This document shows positions 40,574 to 51,553 of a stretch of DNA of 64,000 nucleotides, piece by piece. Position 1 is the stretch's first letter. Every line of letters begins with the position of its first letter. Position numbers and translations under genes: made by a program. The notes under the pieces were generated by a model. That model saw only the letters and a list, made by a program, of their open reading frames with translations, was not told where the DNA came from and ran no database searches. The DNA comes from an uncultured Gammaproteobacteria bacterium (GTDB lineage: Bacteria; Patescibacteriota; Microgenomatia; UBA10105; UBA927): assembly GCA_964527425.1 (NCBI GenBank), contig CAZGOA010000001.1:179273-243272 (forward strand), read 5' to 3'.

Positions 40574-41407
40574 TTATGAAATTTGAAACTGGTGACGTTG
40601 CTTAATGTCTTTAATACAAGAATCAATAAGTTTTTTATATGTATATTTTGGTAATGCATAGAAATCTAATACTGATAAGTTGTCTACAATAATAGGACTA
40701 TGGTCATTGTTATTAATTGGATGAACTTCAATTGAAAAAGGTGAAAGTATATCACGCGCTAAATCGTATCGAGTTACTAACTCTGGAGAGGCAACAGCAA
40801 TAGTTTCATTAAGAATAGAAGATTGTATACATTGGGTAATAACTTCACTGATATGTCCTGCATAAGTCGGTTGAAATTTCCAGGAAGTATCATATTGGGC
40901 AAGTATATGTTCATCTATATTTTTCAGTAATCGATTAAATGGTCGATCATTTGTGCTATTGGGACTTCCCCCTACAATTAATGATGGTCGAATTATGAGA
41001 TAGCCTGACGAAGAGTCAGCAACGATTTGTTCAGATTCATACTTATTTTTTCCATAGATGTTGGATGGATTTTTTGCAGAAAAGGATGAAATATACATTA
41101 TTTTTATATTATTTGTATTGGCTAATTGCACAATGTATTCTGTCGATTTTACATTTATTAAAGTTGCTTCTTTAGGATTCTGTTCACACCAACGCGCATT
41201 TGCATTATTGGCTGCATGAATAATAATATTAGGTTTATATGTTGATAGAGCAGTCTCTAAATGTTTCTTATTTGTTACATCAAGCTGAATAAATCGTGAG
41301 GATAATGGTTGAGTACGGTACGTGCCAATGACTTCAAACGTTTTTTCTAGATCTAAAAAGAGTCTAGCTCCTAAATAGCTATTTGCACCTGTTATGAGTA
41401 TCTTCAT
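40574..41407 (-). CDS. RmlD-like NAD(P)-dependent sugar-nucleotide reductase/epimerase (SDR superfamily)
   Basis: 277 aa. MKILITGANSYLG Rossmann motif and YGKNK (YxxxK) catalytic dyad. Confidence 0.65.
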   Translation of the reverse strand: MKILITGANSYLGARLFLDLEKTFEVIGTYRTQPLSSRFIQLDVTNKKHLETALSTYKPNIIIHAANNANARWCEQNPKEATLINVKSTEYIVQLANTNNIKIMYISSFSAKNPSNIYGKNKYESEQIVADSSSGYLIIRPSLIVGGSPNSTNDRPFNRLLKNIDEHILAQYDTSWKFQPTYAGHISEVITQCIQSSILNETIAVASPELVTRYDLARDILSPFSIEVHPINNNDHSPIIVDNLSVLDFYALPKYTYKKLIDSCIKDIKQRHQFQIS

Positions 41408-41705
41408 ATATTACTGAATCAATTAAGCGTTCTTTTTCTTTTTTATTTAGTTTTTTAAGTAAATATTCCCGTTTGAGTGCTTCACTTTTTGTTTCAACCT
41501 GTTCTGTATACACTAAGTAAAATGAAGAAAAAAGTCTAAGATATTTTGCACCAACTTTTTTCTCTTTATGTTGTTCTAGTCTTTTTTTAAGATTATTAGT
41601 TTGTCCAACATACAATGTATTTCCTGAAGTGCGCAACATATATATTGTATACATATTTGCAATAATATCAGTATCATCTAGTTTTATACTACTCCTGATA
41701 ACCAC
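41379..41705 (-). CDS. GIY-YIG nuclease-domain protein (YhbQ/UPF0213-like)
   Basis: 108 aa. YTIYMLR...LYVGQTNNLKKRLEQH GIY-YIG core. Confidence 0.75.
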   Translation of the reverse strand: MVIRSSIKLDDTDIIANMYTIYMLRTSGNTLYVGQTNNLKKRLEQHKEKKVGAKYLRLFSSFYLVYTEQVETKSEALKREYLLKKLNKKEKERLIDSVIYEDTHNRCK

Positions 41706-41879
41706 ACACTTTAAGATGAAATGTACAATTTCCCTTATTTTACATTAATAAATTTTTGGGTCTATACAACATATATATTCACTCACATGCTTTTCTTTGA
41801 AATTTTTAGATGATATTCATATTACTTTTTAATCTGGTCTACTCTTGTAACTCTTGTAAATTCCTGTACTATTTGTTCA

Positions 41880-42254
41880 ATGAATATTTCTTTAATCGAA
41901 TCGTTTGTTGAAGAAACACTCGATACTCTCCCACAAGAATTTGGAAGCAAATTACAAAACATATCCATTGTAGTAGAAGATTGGCCAACTGAAGAACAGT
42001 TGCGTTTAGGAAATGTTCCTGCTGGAATGACCCTGTTTGGGTTGTATCAGGGTGTACCGTTAACTAAACGAAATCATTACCATGCAGTCTTACCAGACCG
42101 AATAACACTGTTTGCTGGTCCCTTATTTAGAGCACATGGGAAGGATATATTACAATTACAACAGCAGGTGAGAGATACTGTTATTCACGAGCTTGGACAT
42201 TATTTTGGAATGAATGAAGAAGAAATTAGAGCAGCACAATTTAAAAAAGCATGA
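41880..42254 (+). CDS. zincin-like metallopeptidase-fold protein (PF06262-like)
   Basis: 124 aa. VIHELGHYFGM HExxH motif near the C-terminus. Confidence 0.6.
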   Translation: MNISLIESFVEETLDTLPQEFGSKLQNISIVVEDWPTEEQLRLGNVPAGMTLFGLYQGVPLTKRNHYHAVLPDRITLFAGPLFRAHGKDILQLQQQVRDTVIHELGHYFGMNEEEIRAAQFKKA

Positions 42255-42523
42255 ATAAAAACATATAAAAATATATTTTCTTCTTTTATTAGTTACCTGC
42301 TTTAGAAGTCTTTTTTAATAACTACGGAAAATAATGGTTTTGTAATGATAAGAAAATAATTATGACTGAGGTTTAACAGAGACAACATGATATGACATAC
42401 TGATGTTATAATGGGTAATCATAAACTAATCTTTCACTCATTGAATACTGTCCTACTGATCTATTCTATAAAATGAAATACACTACTTTTGCACTTTGTT
42501 GTTGAAAACTAGAATAGTACAAA

Positions 42524-43519
42524 TTAATATACAGAATTTATAAGTGTATTCTGTTTATACTGATTAATATTTTGGATAGTTACATCGAGTATTTCTTTTA
42601 GCGCTTCTTCGCTATTAAAAGCATTGTGATTAGTAAAAATTACATCATCTCTAGTCAATAAGACATGATTTAGCAATTGCACAGCAATGTCTCCTTTACT
42701 GAGGAACTCTTGAGTAAGCAGTTCTCTTTCTTCTTTTAGTGCGCCTTCTTCCTCTAGTACGTCAAGTCCAGCAGCTTTAAATATACCAGTTTTTAACCCT
42801 TCTACTATTGCTTGTGTTTCTACCAACTGTCCTCTTGAGGTATTGATTAATATGCATCCTTTTTTACACAGTGTTATGTTGTTTTTATTAATAAGATGAT
42901 GAGTTTCAGTATTGGCAGGCAGGTGAAGAGAGATAATATCTGATTGTTTCATTAAATCTTCTAGGGTTGTATATACTACTCCAGTTCGCTCTAATCCGGG
43001 GTGTCTCGTATAGATAAGTACGTTCATTCCAAAACTTAATGCAATCTCAACTACTTTCTTACCAATTTCTCCTTCTCCGATAACACCTAACGTTTTGCCG
43101 TATAGATCAAACCCTTTTAAACCATCAATATGAAAATTTCCTCGCTTACTTCTTTCTACTGTCTGGATAAGATTTCTGCTTAAGGCAAGTATTATTGCAA
43201 AGGTATGTTCAGCAACAGTATGTGATCCATAAGTAGGTACATGAACAACTGCAATTTTTTTTTGTTTACAATAATCAATATCAATATGATCAAATCCTGT
43301 GGAACGGGTAGCTATTAAAGAAAGATTTGGATATTTATCGATGTACTCTTTTGTTACTTTTGAATATATAAATGGAGAAATTATTCTCGACTGATATACT
43401 TCTTCATTGGATACATCTTGCATTTTATCTTTTGTATATACTATTTGATAGTCTTTTAATTGAGTAACTAGATACTCTTTTTCCCACTGCTCTATTTCAA
43501 AAAATGTAATTATGTCCAT
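42524..43519 (-). CDS. D-isomer-specific 2-hydroxyacid dehydrogenase (D-lactate/phosphoglycerate dehydrogenase family)
   Basis: 331 aa. GVIGEGEIGKKV NAD-binding motif and catalytic R/E/H pattern of the family. Confidence 0.85.
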   Translation of the reverse strand: MDIITFFEIEQWEKEYLVTQLKDYQIVYTKDKMQDVSNEEVYQSRIISPFIYSKVTKEYIDKYPNLSLIATRSTGFDHIDIDYCKQKKIAVVHVPTYGSHTVAEHTFAIILALSRNLIQTVERSKRGNFHIDGLKGFDLYGKTLGVIGEGEIGKKVVEIALSFGMNVLIYTRHPGLERTGVVYTTLEDLMKQSDIISLHLPANTETHHLINKNNITLCKKGCILINTSRGQLVETQAIVEGLKTGIFKAAGLDVLEEEGALKEERELLTQEFLSKGDIAVQLLNHVLLTRDDVIFTNHNAFNSEEALKEILDVTIQNINQYKQNTLINSVY

Positions 43520-43727
43520 GTATAAATTATTTTTTATAAGTACACATACTTATTTTGGAATAAATCTAATTTCTCTGTAATCATCTTGCAAATGGTGTAA
43601 TTATCCTTTAAATATTGTAAAGATAGAAACTCAGACGAGAGTATTTCATAGTATTGGAAAATCTAAACATTATTACTCGTCATGTTAAAGGTAATATCAG
43701 TCACCTATTTAAGCTATAATACACGCT

Positions 43728-44348
43728 ATGGACAGTGAAATACAACAAAAGCTTTTGACTTTTTTTCATACATTCCCTCAAAAATCATTTAAAAAAAACC
43801 AAGTGTTTCTTTCTCCTAATAAAAAACCTGAAGGGGTGTTTTTATTAACAAAGGGAACTGTTAGGATGTATAGTTTGTCAAAAGATGGTACAGAACTTTC
43901 AATAAATTTATTTAAACCCCTATCTTTTTTCCCTATGGGATGGGCACTTGATGTTTCAGCAAATAATTATTACTTTGATTCTTTTACTGATGTAACTGTT
44001 TTTATTGCACCTAAAGAAAAAACAATACATTTTTTAAAACAACAGCCAGAAATAGTTTGGGATTTGCTCAAAAGAATTTATAAAGGATTTGATGGATATT
44101 TTAGAGAAATGGAATCACTCTTAGAGGGAAAAGCATATTATAAAATCATTACTCAATTAATAATTCAGGCAAAACGATCGAATGATCATATATATTTAAC
44201 ACATAATCAGCTAGCAACACTTACTGGATTATCTAGAGAAACGGTAACAAGAGAACTAAAAAAAATCACCGAAAAAGGAATTATTAGTAAAGTAGAAAAA
44301 CATATAAAGATACTTAATCTGCCTTTGCTTGAAAACGAATTAAAGTAA
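43728..44348 (+). CDS. Crp/Fnr-family transcriptional regulator
   Basis: 206 aa. cNMP-binding beta-roll followed by a C-terminal HTH (LATLTGLSRETVTRELKKI). Confidence 0.8.
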   Translation: MDSEIQQKLLTFFHTFPQKSFKKNQVFLSPNKKPEGVFLLTKGTVRMYSLSKDGTELSINLFKPLSFFPMGWALDVSANNYYFDSFTDVTVFIAPKEKTIHFLKQQPEIVWDLLKRIYKGFDGYFREMESLLEGKAYYKIITQLIIQAKRSNDHIYLTHNQLATLTGLSRETVTRELKKITEKGIISKVEKHIKILNLPLLENELK

Positions 44349-44541
44349 TTTTTTTTCGTAGATATTACTTACAATTGTTCCAATTACAAAAATTGGGAAA
44401 GATAAAACTTATGCTTAATAATTGATGAACAGATATGTTTGCAAGCTATTATAAAATAGTTACCATCCTTATTCACTATTTGCTTATCATTTATATATCG
44501 AAGTTTTTATTAAGATAATAAATGCCATACTTCATTAACTT

Positions 44542-45153
44542 ATGATAAACCATCATCGAAATATTCATACAAAAAAAATCATATTACGGCAACAAGCAAA
44601 TACTCGAATTAATAATCTCTCTTTAGAAGATATTAACCATAAGAGTAAATGCATCATAGAACAATTGAGAGTACTGGACATAGCAAACATTTCAAATAAC
44701 TTTTGTGTATATTGTTCTTTGTCAAGAGAAGTACAAACAGATGAATTTATTATGTACTTACTGAATCAACATAAAAATGTTGCTATACCTAGAATAACTA
44801 ATGAAAATCTAACGCTCCATTATATTTCTTCACTCGCTGATGTTCGTATTTCTTCTCATAGAATTAGAGAACCCATAAACACTTATGAACCAATAGATGC
44901 AAAAGATATTGATGTATTTGTAATTCCTGGTCTTGCATTTGATAGATTTGGAACTAGACTCGGAAGAGGTAAAGGATATTATGATAAGGTACTACAGGGG
45001 GTTACTGCACCAAAAATTGGACTCGCTTTTTCGGAACAAATTTTTCCTCTTTTACCTAAAAATAATCATGATATAGTAATGGATATTATTATAACTGACA
45101 TAGAAGTTATAAACGTAAATAATCTCTATGAAAAAAACACTACAACACCCTGA
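44542..45153 (+). CDS. 5-formyltetrahydrofolate cyclo-ligase (MTHFS)
   Basis: 203 aa. VFVIPGLAFDRFGTRLGRGKGYYDK signature. Confidence 0.85.
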   Translation: MINHHRNIHTKKIILRQQANTRINNLSLEDINHKSKCIIEQLRVLDIANISNNFCVYCSLSREVQTDEFIMYLLNQHKNVAIPRITNENLTLHYISSLADVRISSHRIREPINTYEPIDAKDIDVFVIPGLAFDRFGTRLGRGKGYYDKVLQGVTAPKIGLAFSEQIFPLLPKNNHDIVMDIIITDIEVINVNNLYEKNTTTP

Positions 45154-46081
45154 ATATCAATATTTAAATCTCATGGAAGATATTATGGAGAATGGTGCAT
45201 GGAAAGAAAGTCACTCTACTGGAGTCAAACTCAAGAGCGTTTTTGGAAGAATTACTCGATATGATTTATCACAAGGATTTCCCCTATTAACAACAAAAAA
45301 AGTCTTCAGCAGGGGCATTATTCATGAACTCTTATGGTTTTTGTCTGGAGATAGTAGTATTAAATATTTAGTTGAGAATAATGTACATATTTGGGATGAA
45401 TGGGCATACATGAAATACGAATGGGCGGTAAAAGAAAAAAAAGCTAAACCAATTAGCTATGAAGATTTTTTGGACAGAATAAAAAATGATAAAAAATTCT
45501 TGAAACAATGGGGTGATTTGGGTCCAGTGTATGGTGTTCAATGGCGAAACTGGCCTGCTGGCAGAAGCAGAACCGTTGATCAATTAGGTTGGGCAATTGA
45601 AAAAATAAAAAAATATCCAATGAAGAAACATTACATAATTTCTGCTTGGAATGCAGGCTGTATTTATGAAATGTCCGGAAGCCATAGTGCATCAATGGTT
45701 ATTGCACCTTGTCATACCATGTTTCATATTAATATTACAGGTAATAAACTCTCTTTACTTCTCTATCAACGAAGTGCCGATCTTTTCTTAGGCGTTCCAT
45801 TTAATATTGCTTCCTATGCTCTATTAACGATGATGCTTGCACAAGTCACGGGATATGAACCTGGTGACTTTGTTCATGTATTTGGAGATGTTCACATTTA
45901 TGAAAACCACTTTGAGCAATGCAAAGAGCAATTATCTAGAAAACCGAGACCATTTCCCATTATGAAGATTAATCCTAAGAAAAAGAAAATAAATGATTTT
46001 ACTATTGATGACTTCACTATAGAAGGATACGATCCATACCCACCAATAAAGGGAGATATTACGGTGGTTGGAGGTTTTTAA
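45128..46081 (+). CDS. thyA: thymidylate synthase ThyA
   Basis: 317 aa. QRSADLFLGVPFNIASYALLT and active-site region (APCHTMF) conserved. Confidence 0.95.
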   Translation: MKKTLQHPEYQYLNLMEDIMENGAWKESHSTGVKLKSVFGRITRYDLSQGFPLLTTKKVFSRGIIHELLWFLSGDSSIKYLVENNVHIWDEWAYMKYEWAVKEKKAKPISYEDFLDRIKNDKKFLKQWGDLGPVYGVQWRNWPAGRSRTVDQLGWAIEKIKKYPMKKHYIISAWNAGCIYEMSGSHSASMVIAPCHTMFHINITGNKLSLLLYQRSADLFLGVPFNIASYALLTMMLAQVTGYEPGDFVHVFGDVHIYENHFEQCKEQLSRKPRPFPIMKINPKKKKINDFTIDDFTIEGYDPYPPIKGDITVVGGF

Positions 46082-46086
46082 TTTAC

Positions 46087-46560
46087 ATGCTTTCACTTAT
46101 TGCTGTTATTGGAAAAAACAGAGAACTTGGGAAAGATAATGCGCTTCTCTGGCATATTCCCGGAGACCTACCTCGATTTAAAAAACTTACATCTGGTCAC
46201 CCTGTTATTATGGGGAAGAATACCTTTATTTCAATTGGACGTCCATTACCAAATAGAACAAATATTGTGGTTTCAACAAATTTATCTCCTCACGAAGGTA
46301 TACATATAACTTCAAATATTGAAGATGCTTTAGAAACAGCTAAAACTGCACCAGGCAATAATGAAATATTCATTATTGGAGGAGGCTCTCTCTATTCACA
46401 AACGATTCATAAAGCAGATACATTATATTTAACTGTTGTTGATGAATCAGCTCATGCAGACACATTTTTCCCTGATTATTCACAATTTAAAACCATCGTT
46501 TCGTCTGAAACACATAATAAAGGTGGATATACTTATTCGTATATAACGTTTAAAAGATAG
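46087..46560 (+). CDS. folA: dihydrofolate reductase
   Basis: 157 aa. IAVIGKNRELGKDNALLWHIPGDLPRFKKLT...VIMGKNTF DHFR signature. Directly downstream of thyA. Confidence 0.9.
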   Translation: MLSLIAVIGKNRELGKDNALLWHIPGDLPRFKKLTSGHPVIMGKNTFISIGRPLPNRTNIVVSTNLSPHEGIHITSNIEDALETAKTAPGNNEIFIIGGGSLYSQTIHKADTLYLTVVDESAHADTFFPDYSQFKTIVSSETHNKGGYTYSYITFKR

Positions 46561-46669
46561 CAAATTTACTATTGGATGTGAAATTATTCCTAACATAAGA
46601 ATTAGAAAAGATTGAAAAAATATCTAATTTGTTGTACATAATAAGTGTACACTGCCATTAATTTATAGA

Positions 46670-47809
46670 ATGAAACATATAAAAAATCTCATTCAGCCTC
46701 TTACAAATACTCCGCATATACACACTAGTGATTCCATTACAAAACTTTCTTCCCTTACCACTAGCAGTCATGATGGGGTATTGGTATTTGATAAACATAA
46801 TAACTTCAAGGGTATAACTGCGATCTATCATCTTTTACATAAGAATAATATTGCGTTGAATAACACAGTCGATTCTATAATGTTACATCCCCCTTATATT
46901 ACTGTTGATTCAACAGTATGGGATGTAATGCAAGCAATGATAAGCCTTCATATTTATACACTTCCTTTCTTTGACGAGAAGCAACAATTACTAGGTGTTA
47001 TAAAAGCTAAAGATGTTATCAAAGAAATGACTAATGAAAAAGAAATGTTTTTGTCTATTGAAAAACATTTGAAAATTAAAGATATCATCATTACTGAAGA
47101 ATCTGCGTCAATAAAAGATGTCTATACAGTTATACGCAAGGGGCACAAAACACGCGTACTCGTTGTATCAAAAAAAGGAATTTTACAAGGAATTTTATCT
47201 AGGAGAGATATATATCTTTCACAGCTTTCCCCAGCTCCCAATGAACGGCATAAACAAAAAGGTGGAAAGAAATCAGCATCATTCTTCGATCGTGATTGGC
47301 CAAAAAAACTCGATAGACCTGTTAAAACATTTATGACTCGAAATGTTTTGACGGTAAGTGAAAACGCAAGCTGGAAAACGATAGTTACTACACTTATTTC
47401 GTCCGATGCTAACACTATTGTTTTTGTTGATAAAACTAATGTGCCTCAGGGAATTATTTCTGTTCGAGATATACTTATGGCATGTTTAGAAAATCAACCA
47501 GAAAAGAAGATCCCAATAATAATTACTGATAGGAAAAAATCACTTCACGCATTTCAATTATTAGAGATGGAAGACTTATTATCATCGTTTACTGCTAAGA
47601 TCTCAAAAAAACGACCGGTTAAACAAGTTCAGCTAATCCTGGACACTGTTAAACAAACAAACCAGAGTATTAAACAGTTTGAGGTACATATTCAAGTCAC
47701 AGTAAACGACGGAAAAATTTTAAGAGCTAAATGCAACGCGTATACTTTACGAAATGGTGTAAAAGAGTGCCAACAAAAAATTGAAAAAATTATACATAGA
47801 GATCACTGA
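46670..47809 (+). CDS. CBS-domain protein (two CBS pairs), function unknown
   Basis: 379 aa. Repeated CBS-like segments. No catalytic domain recognised. Confidence 0.5.
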   Translation: MKHIKNLIQPLTNTPHIHTSDSITKLSSLTTSSHDGVLVFDKHNNFKGITAIYHLLHKNNIALNNTVDSIMLHPPYITVDSTVWDVMQAMISLHIYTLPFFDEKQQLLGVIKAKDVIKEMTNEKEMFLSIEKHLKIKDIIITEESASIKDVYTVIRKGHKTRVLVVSKKGILQGILSRRDIYLSQLSPAPNERHKQKGGKKSASFFDRDWPKKLDRPVKTFMTRNVLTVSENASWKTIVTTLISSDANTIVFVDKTNVPQGIISVRDILMACLENQPEKKIPIIITDRKKSLHAFQLLEMEDLLSSFTAKISKKRPVKQVQLILDTVKQTNQSIKQFEVHIQVTVNDGKILRAKCNAYTLRNGVKECQQKIEKIIHRDH

Positions 47810-47897
47810 AAGACATAAAACTATTTTATGAATTTATTGATGAAGAGCGCTTTGGGTATTACTAATTATTAATTTATCTTAATTATTGATTAGATTA

Positions 47898-48335
47898 TTA
47901 AATATTTGCTTTTCCTAAGTCCATACATACTCTAACAATCTCTTGCTTCCTCATTGATTCTAAATTTATTTTCTTCTCTCCAGCAATAATTAATCCCTGA
48001 ATAAGAGCTCTTGCATTAATTGCATCTTTTTTCAATAAATGTGTAAATGTGATGGATTTCTGAGTGAAAAATCGTGTAGTTAACTGAATTGAACCAAAAA
48101 ACATCCCATGATAAGCAGATGCTCTAAGAATATCAACTATATTGATAGTATCAATACTTCTCGAAAAAAACATGTTATGAATAATACTTACCTTTTTAAC
48201 ATCTATAATCAAAGAATCTGGGAAAAAAATAAAAGGTCTTACGGTCTTACATTTATAGAGAACTAATCTGTCACTTGCATAATCATCTACATTTTTATTT
48301 TTCTTATTAATGTAAATGGTTTTATTCTTATTCAT
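47898..48335 (-). CDS. hypothetical protein (145 aa)
   Basis: ORF only. No motif recognised. Confidence 0.35.
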   Translation of the reverse strand: MNKNKTIYINKKNKNVDDYASDRLVLYKCKTVRPFIFFPDSLIIDVKKVSIIHNMFFSRSIDTINIVDILRASAYHGMFFGSIQLTTRFFTQKSITFTHLLKKDAINARALIQGLIIAGEKKINLESMRKQEIVRVCMDLGKANI

Positions 48336-48523
48336 AGCTTCAGTATATCATGATTATAATTAATCAGTTAAATGTTCAAATGAAACTATTTTTTACATAT
48401 TTAATATTAAGTTTAAAAAACAAGAATTTTATTGTTATAAAAAGAACATACAACTACTAATAATCAGTTATAGTTAAGATTTAACAAGTTTTTAGAAGAT
48501 ATCTAGAATGATTTAATCTGATT

Positions 48524-49687
48524 TTATTTATCTTGCTTAAATAATTTCCAATATATCCAAAGATTAATTAATTGGATGAAATTTAAACTAAAAAATGCAA
48601 TAGCAGGGTTTGTTCTATCTGCTAACAAACCCAAAATCAATGCTGAAAAGGCAAAAAATATACTTCCTGCAAAAGAATCAAGTGATCCCATCGTTGCTCG
48701 CTGTTCTTGTGTAAACTCTTTTTGCATAAGTGAATTACGAGCTACTTGTGTTACTCCATAAAATAATGATGTCGAAGAAATTAATAGTGGAGATAAAACA
48801 TTTGGAAATACTACAGCAATAATTTTTATGACTCGATTGTAAATATTTTCTGTAATAAAAATTTTAAAGGCTCCAAATTTCTTTATAAGTTTCCCACTAA
48901 AATGAAAGCTTATTGCTGCACCAGCATTTGATAAAGCCTTAGCAATACCAATAGCCCATACTGGCCAAATAGTGTTATAGAATGCAGATTGGAATTGATA
49001 CCCTGCTTCTCCAAACCCAAAAGTTAAAATTGATGAAATACTTAATAAACGTAATTTTCTATTCTTAATAAACTGGGTATATGCTAAACCTAAATGTTTA
49101 AAAATGTTTCCACTTTGTTTGGTATATACTTTTGGTTCAATTAAAAACACACCGAGAATTAAACAAAGTGTTTGAGGTACTACAGATAACCACATGATCA
49201 ACGGGAAAGACCATGAAGCCAATATTCCACCAGTAATTGCTGATATAGCAAGTGCAATTTGAAACATTGCACTAGTTTTTCCTAAATATTCTTCAAACGC
49301 ATCTGCTTTTCCAGAATGTGATAATGTATCATGCAAAAGTGCATTATTATTGCCGCTATAAAAGGATCGAGATAGTCCTTCAAATACTGCTCCTGCTACT
49401 AATATCCAGTATGACTGACCTATGGCATACAACATTGCATAACAGACTGCTGAAAATGCCCCAAATAAAAGCGTTTTTTTTCTACCAATTAAATCAGATA
49501 GAACCCCAGTAGGAATTTCAAATATCGCTGAAGCGATCATCGCTATAGAGAAAATACTCATCCCTAAGGCAAATGATCCACTGACTTGAGAAAAATAAAT
49601 TACTGCTATTGGTGCATAAAGTTTAAAGTCTGTAAAGAAATTAAACCAAGCCATTATTCTGACATTTCTAAGAACCATACTTTTCAC
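48524..49687 (-). CDS. MFS transporter
   Basis: 387 aa, about 12 TM helices. GVLSDLIGRKKTL MFS loop motif (G-x-L-x-D-x-x-G-R-K). Confidence 0.85.
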   Translation of the reverse strand: MKSMVLRNVRIMAWFNFFTDFKLYAPIAVIYFSQVSGSFALGMSIFSIAMIASAIFEIPTGVLSDLIGRKKTLLFGAFSAVCYAMLYAIGQSYWILVAGAVFEGLSRSFYSGNNNALLHDTLSHSGKADAFEEYLGKTSAMFQIALAISAITGGILASWSFPLIMWLSVVPQTLCLILGVFLIEPKVYTKQSGNIFKHLGLAYTQFIKNRKLRLLSISSILTFGFGEAGYQFQSAFYNTIWPVWAIGIAKALSNAGAAISFHFSGKLIKKFGAFKIFITENIYNRVIKIIAVVFPNVLSPLLISSTSLFYGVTQVARNSLMQKEFTQEQRATMGSLDSFAGSIFFAFSALILGLLADRTNPAIAFFSLNFIQLINLWIYWKLFKQDK

Positions 49688-49799
49688 TATATCAAAGAAG
49701 TAATATTAAACGGATATAACTTCATTTATATAAACGAAAAAATTTGTAAAAATAATATAGTTTAGTTAATTTTTTTTAATTCTATTACAGAGCTGCTGT

Positions 49800-50705
49800 T
49801 TACAATTTTATTTCATTTAATAGTTCTGCATTTGCAACATAAATTTCTTTGAAATAGTCTTCATCTTCTAAAAACCAAAGCAGAGAAATAACTGCACAGG
49901 CAAATGACCAATAAAGGATACGTTTTTTATCAAAACCTAACTCTTCTGAAAACTGAACTATTCTATTTGTTTCAAGTCTTTTATAATCACTTCCTTTAGG
50001 ATAATCATAATAAGGATTTCTTAAATATGCTCCTAGCTCAAACTCTCTTTCTCCAACTATACCTTTGGGATCTATAGATAACCATCCTCTCTGTGAAAGG
50101 AGAATGTTGTCACTGTGTAAATCTCCATGGAGCAATACTAATTCTTTTTTATCTTTTGGAAATTCTTTAAAGATTTGTTCAGCTTTATCAAGCATCCAAG
50201 ATGGAATTGGACTATCAGAAGAATACTTAGATTTATGTCTATCAAAAACCTTTGCAATACCAAGAATAGTAGGAAACAACTTAGCGATAAAATCTGGGAC
50301 TGGTCTATGCATTTTTTTTATAACTTCAGCTGAAAATGAGATTTGTTTATGATCTGGGAAAATATCTCTAACTCTTGTTCCAGGTTCTGCCATTTCTAAT
50401 AACAAAACTCCATTTTCGATATCTGCATTCAACACTTTAATAGAACCACTCCCATCATAAAAATTGAGCACTGCGTATTCTAATGGTAAATCTGGATTGT
50501 TCGGAAAACTAATCTTGAGTACTACTAATTTGTCATCATGGGTTTTTGCTGGTGCAACGTAATTGTATGAAAGTGAAAAAGGAGAAAGGCAGGTTAATTT
50601 CCATTCTTGTTCATACTTCCTGATAATATTCGGAAGGTTCTCTAGCCATTTTTTTCCAATATCCCCTCGTAAAGCAATAACAGTTTTTTTAAACTCATTA
50701 TCCAT
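49800..50705 (-). CDS. aminoglycoside phosphotransferase-family kinase (APH(6)/streptomycin-kinase-like)
   Basis: 301 aa. LLHGDLHSDNILL catalytic loop (HGDxxxxN) and WLSIDPKGIVGEREFELGAYLRN activation segment. Confidence 0.75.
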   Translation of the reverse strand: MDNEFKKTVIALRGDIGKKWLENLPNIIRKYEQEWKLTCLSPFSLSYNYVAPAKTHDDKLVVLKISFPNNPDLPLEYAVLNFYDGSGSIKVLNADIENGVLLLEMAEPGTRVRDIFPDHKQISFSAEVIKKMHRPVPDFIAKLFPTILGIAKVFDRHKSKYSSDSPIPSWMLDKAEQIFKEFPKDKKELVLLHGDLHSDNILLSQRGWLSIDPKGIVGEREFELGAYLRNPYYDYPKGSDYKRLETNRIVQFSEELGFDKKRILYWSFACAVISLLWFLEDEDYFKEIYVANAELLNEIKL

Positions 50706-51026
50706 TCTTAGAGTATAACAAGGAAATATTTTAATAGAAATTCTTGTTTAAATATATTTCTGCCACTCATCAATAATTTCTTCTTAGTTCCAAATGAGAT
50801 AATACTTCCCATTATTTGTATATTCTATAATTTTAATCTCTTACCAGCCTGTATAAGGATGTTTGTAAAATAGTGTTTATACTGCAAAATTCTTTAAATG
50901 ATTATCTCTAATAAATCTGCTTTTTAGAAAATCGGCTACTATACTATATGACAGATGTTGAGGGTATGAATGCTTATCTTCTAACTCAGTAACAAACTGT
51001 GGATAACATTCGAATGTATTTTATGA

Positions 51027-51416
51027 CTAAGTCTTCACCAATAATACCTGTTGCACATCTCGCTGAGACTCACTAGCAAACTCTAGCAAAATTCCAGCCT
51101 CATCCTTAGAAGTATTTACAACCATGTGTGGAATGTGAGGTGAAATATTATAAAGAAACATTTTTCCATGAGGATTCATAACCTCCTCTTTATTTGAACC
51201 ATTCTCTTCCCATACTAACTTTAATCCATGACCAATACCAATAAATGCTTCCCACCTTGGATGCTTATGATTACCTCCAAATTCTCTTGAGGGAATATTT
51301 ACAACAGACCTTTCCTTCACATCAAACGGGATATTGTCTACCTTATCTACTTCTGCGATAAATAACCCGTTTTCTTTGAAAATAGCTGGAGTAAATTCAT
51401 ATTTTTGTACATTCAT
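51027..51416 (-). CDS. small cupin-like hypothetical protein (start moved to the internal Met)
   Basis: The supplied 175-codon ORF extends over tRNA-Gln. The Met at 51416 (MNVQKYEFTP...) gives 129 aa with no overlap. The G(H)G...H...W pattern is weakly cupin-like. Confidence 0.45.
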   Translation of the reverse strand: MNVQKYEFTPAIFKENGLFIAEVDKVDNIPFDVKERSVVNIPSREFGGNHKHPRWEAFIGIGHGLKLVWEENGSNKEEVMNPHGKMFLYNISPHIPHMVVNTSKDEAGILLEFASESQRDVQQVLLVKT

Positions 51417-51482
51417 ATCAAATTTAATATTCAGATTCGAACTGTACTTGATTGTTTTGATATTTAGGGCTAATTTATTATG

Positions 51483-51553
51483 CTGGGAGATAGGGATTCG
51501 AACCCCAATTAACAGGGCCAGAACCTGTCGTCCTACCGTTAGACGATCTCCCA
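51483..51553 (-). tRNA. tRNA-Gln (anticodon CUG)
   Basis: Minus-strand cloverleaf: acceptor TGGGAGA/TCTCCCA, D-arm GTCT..GGAC, anticodon stem ACAGG/CCTGT with loop TTCTGGC (CTG), T-arm TGGGG-TTCGAAT-CCCTA. CCA not encoded. Confidence 0.75.
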
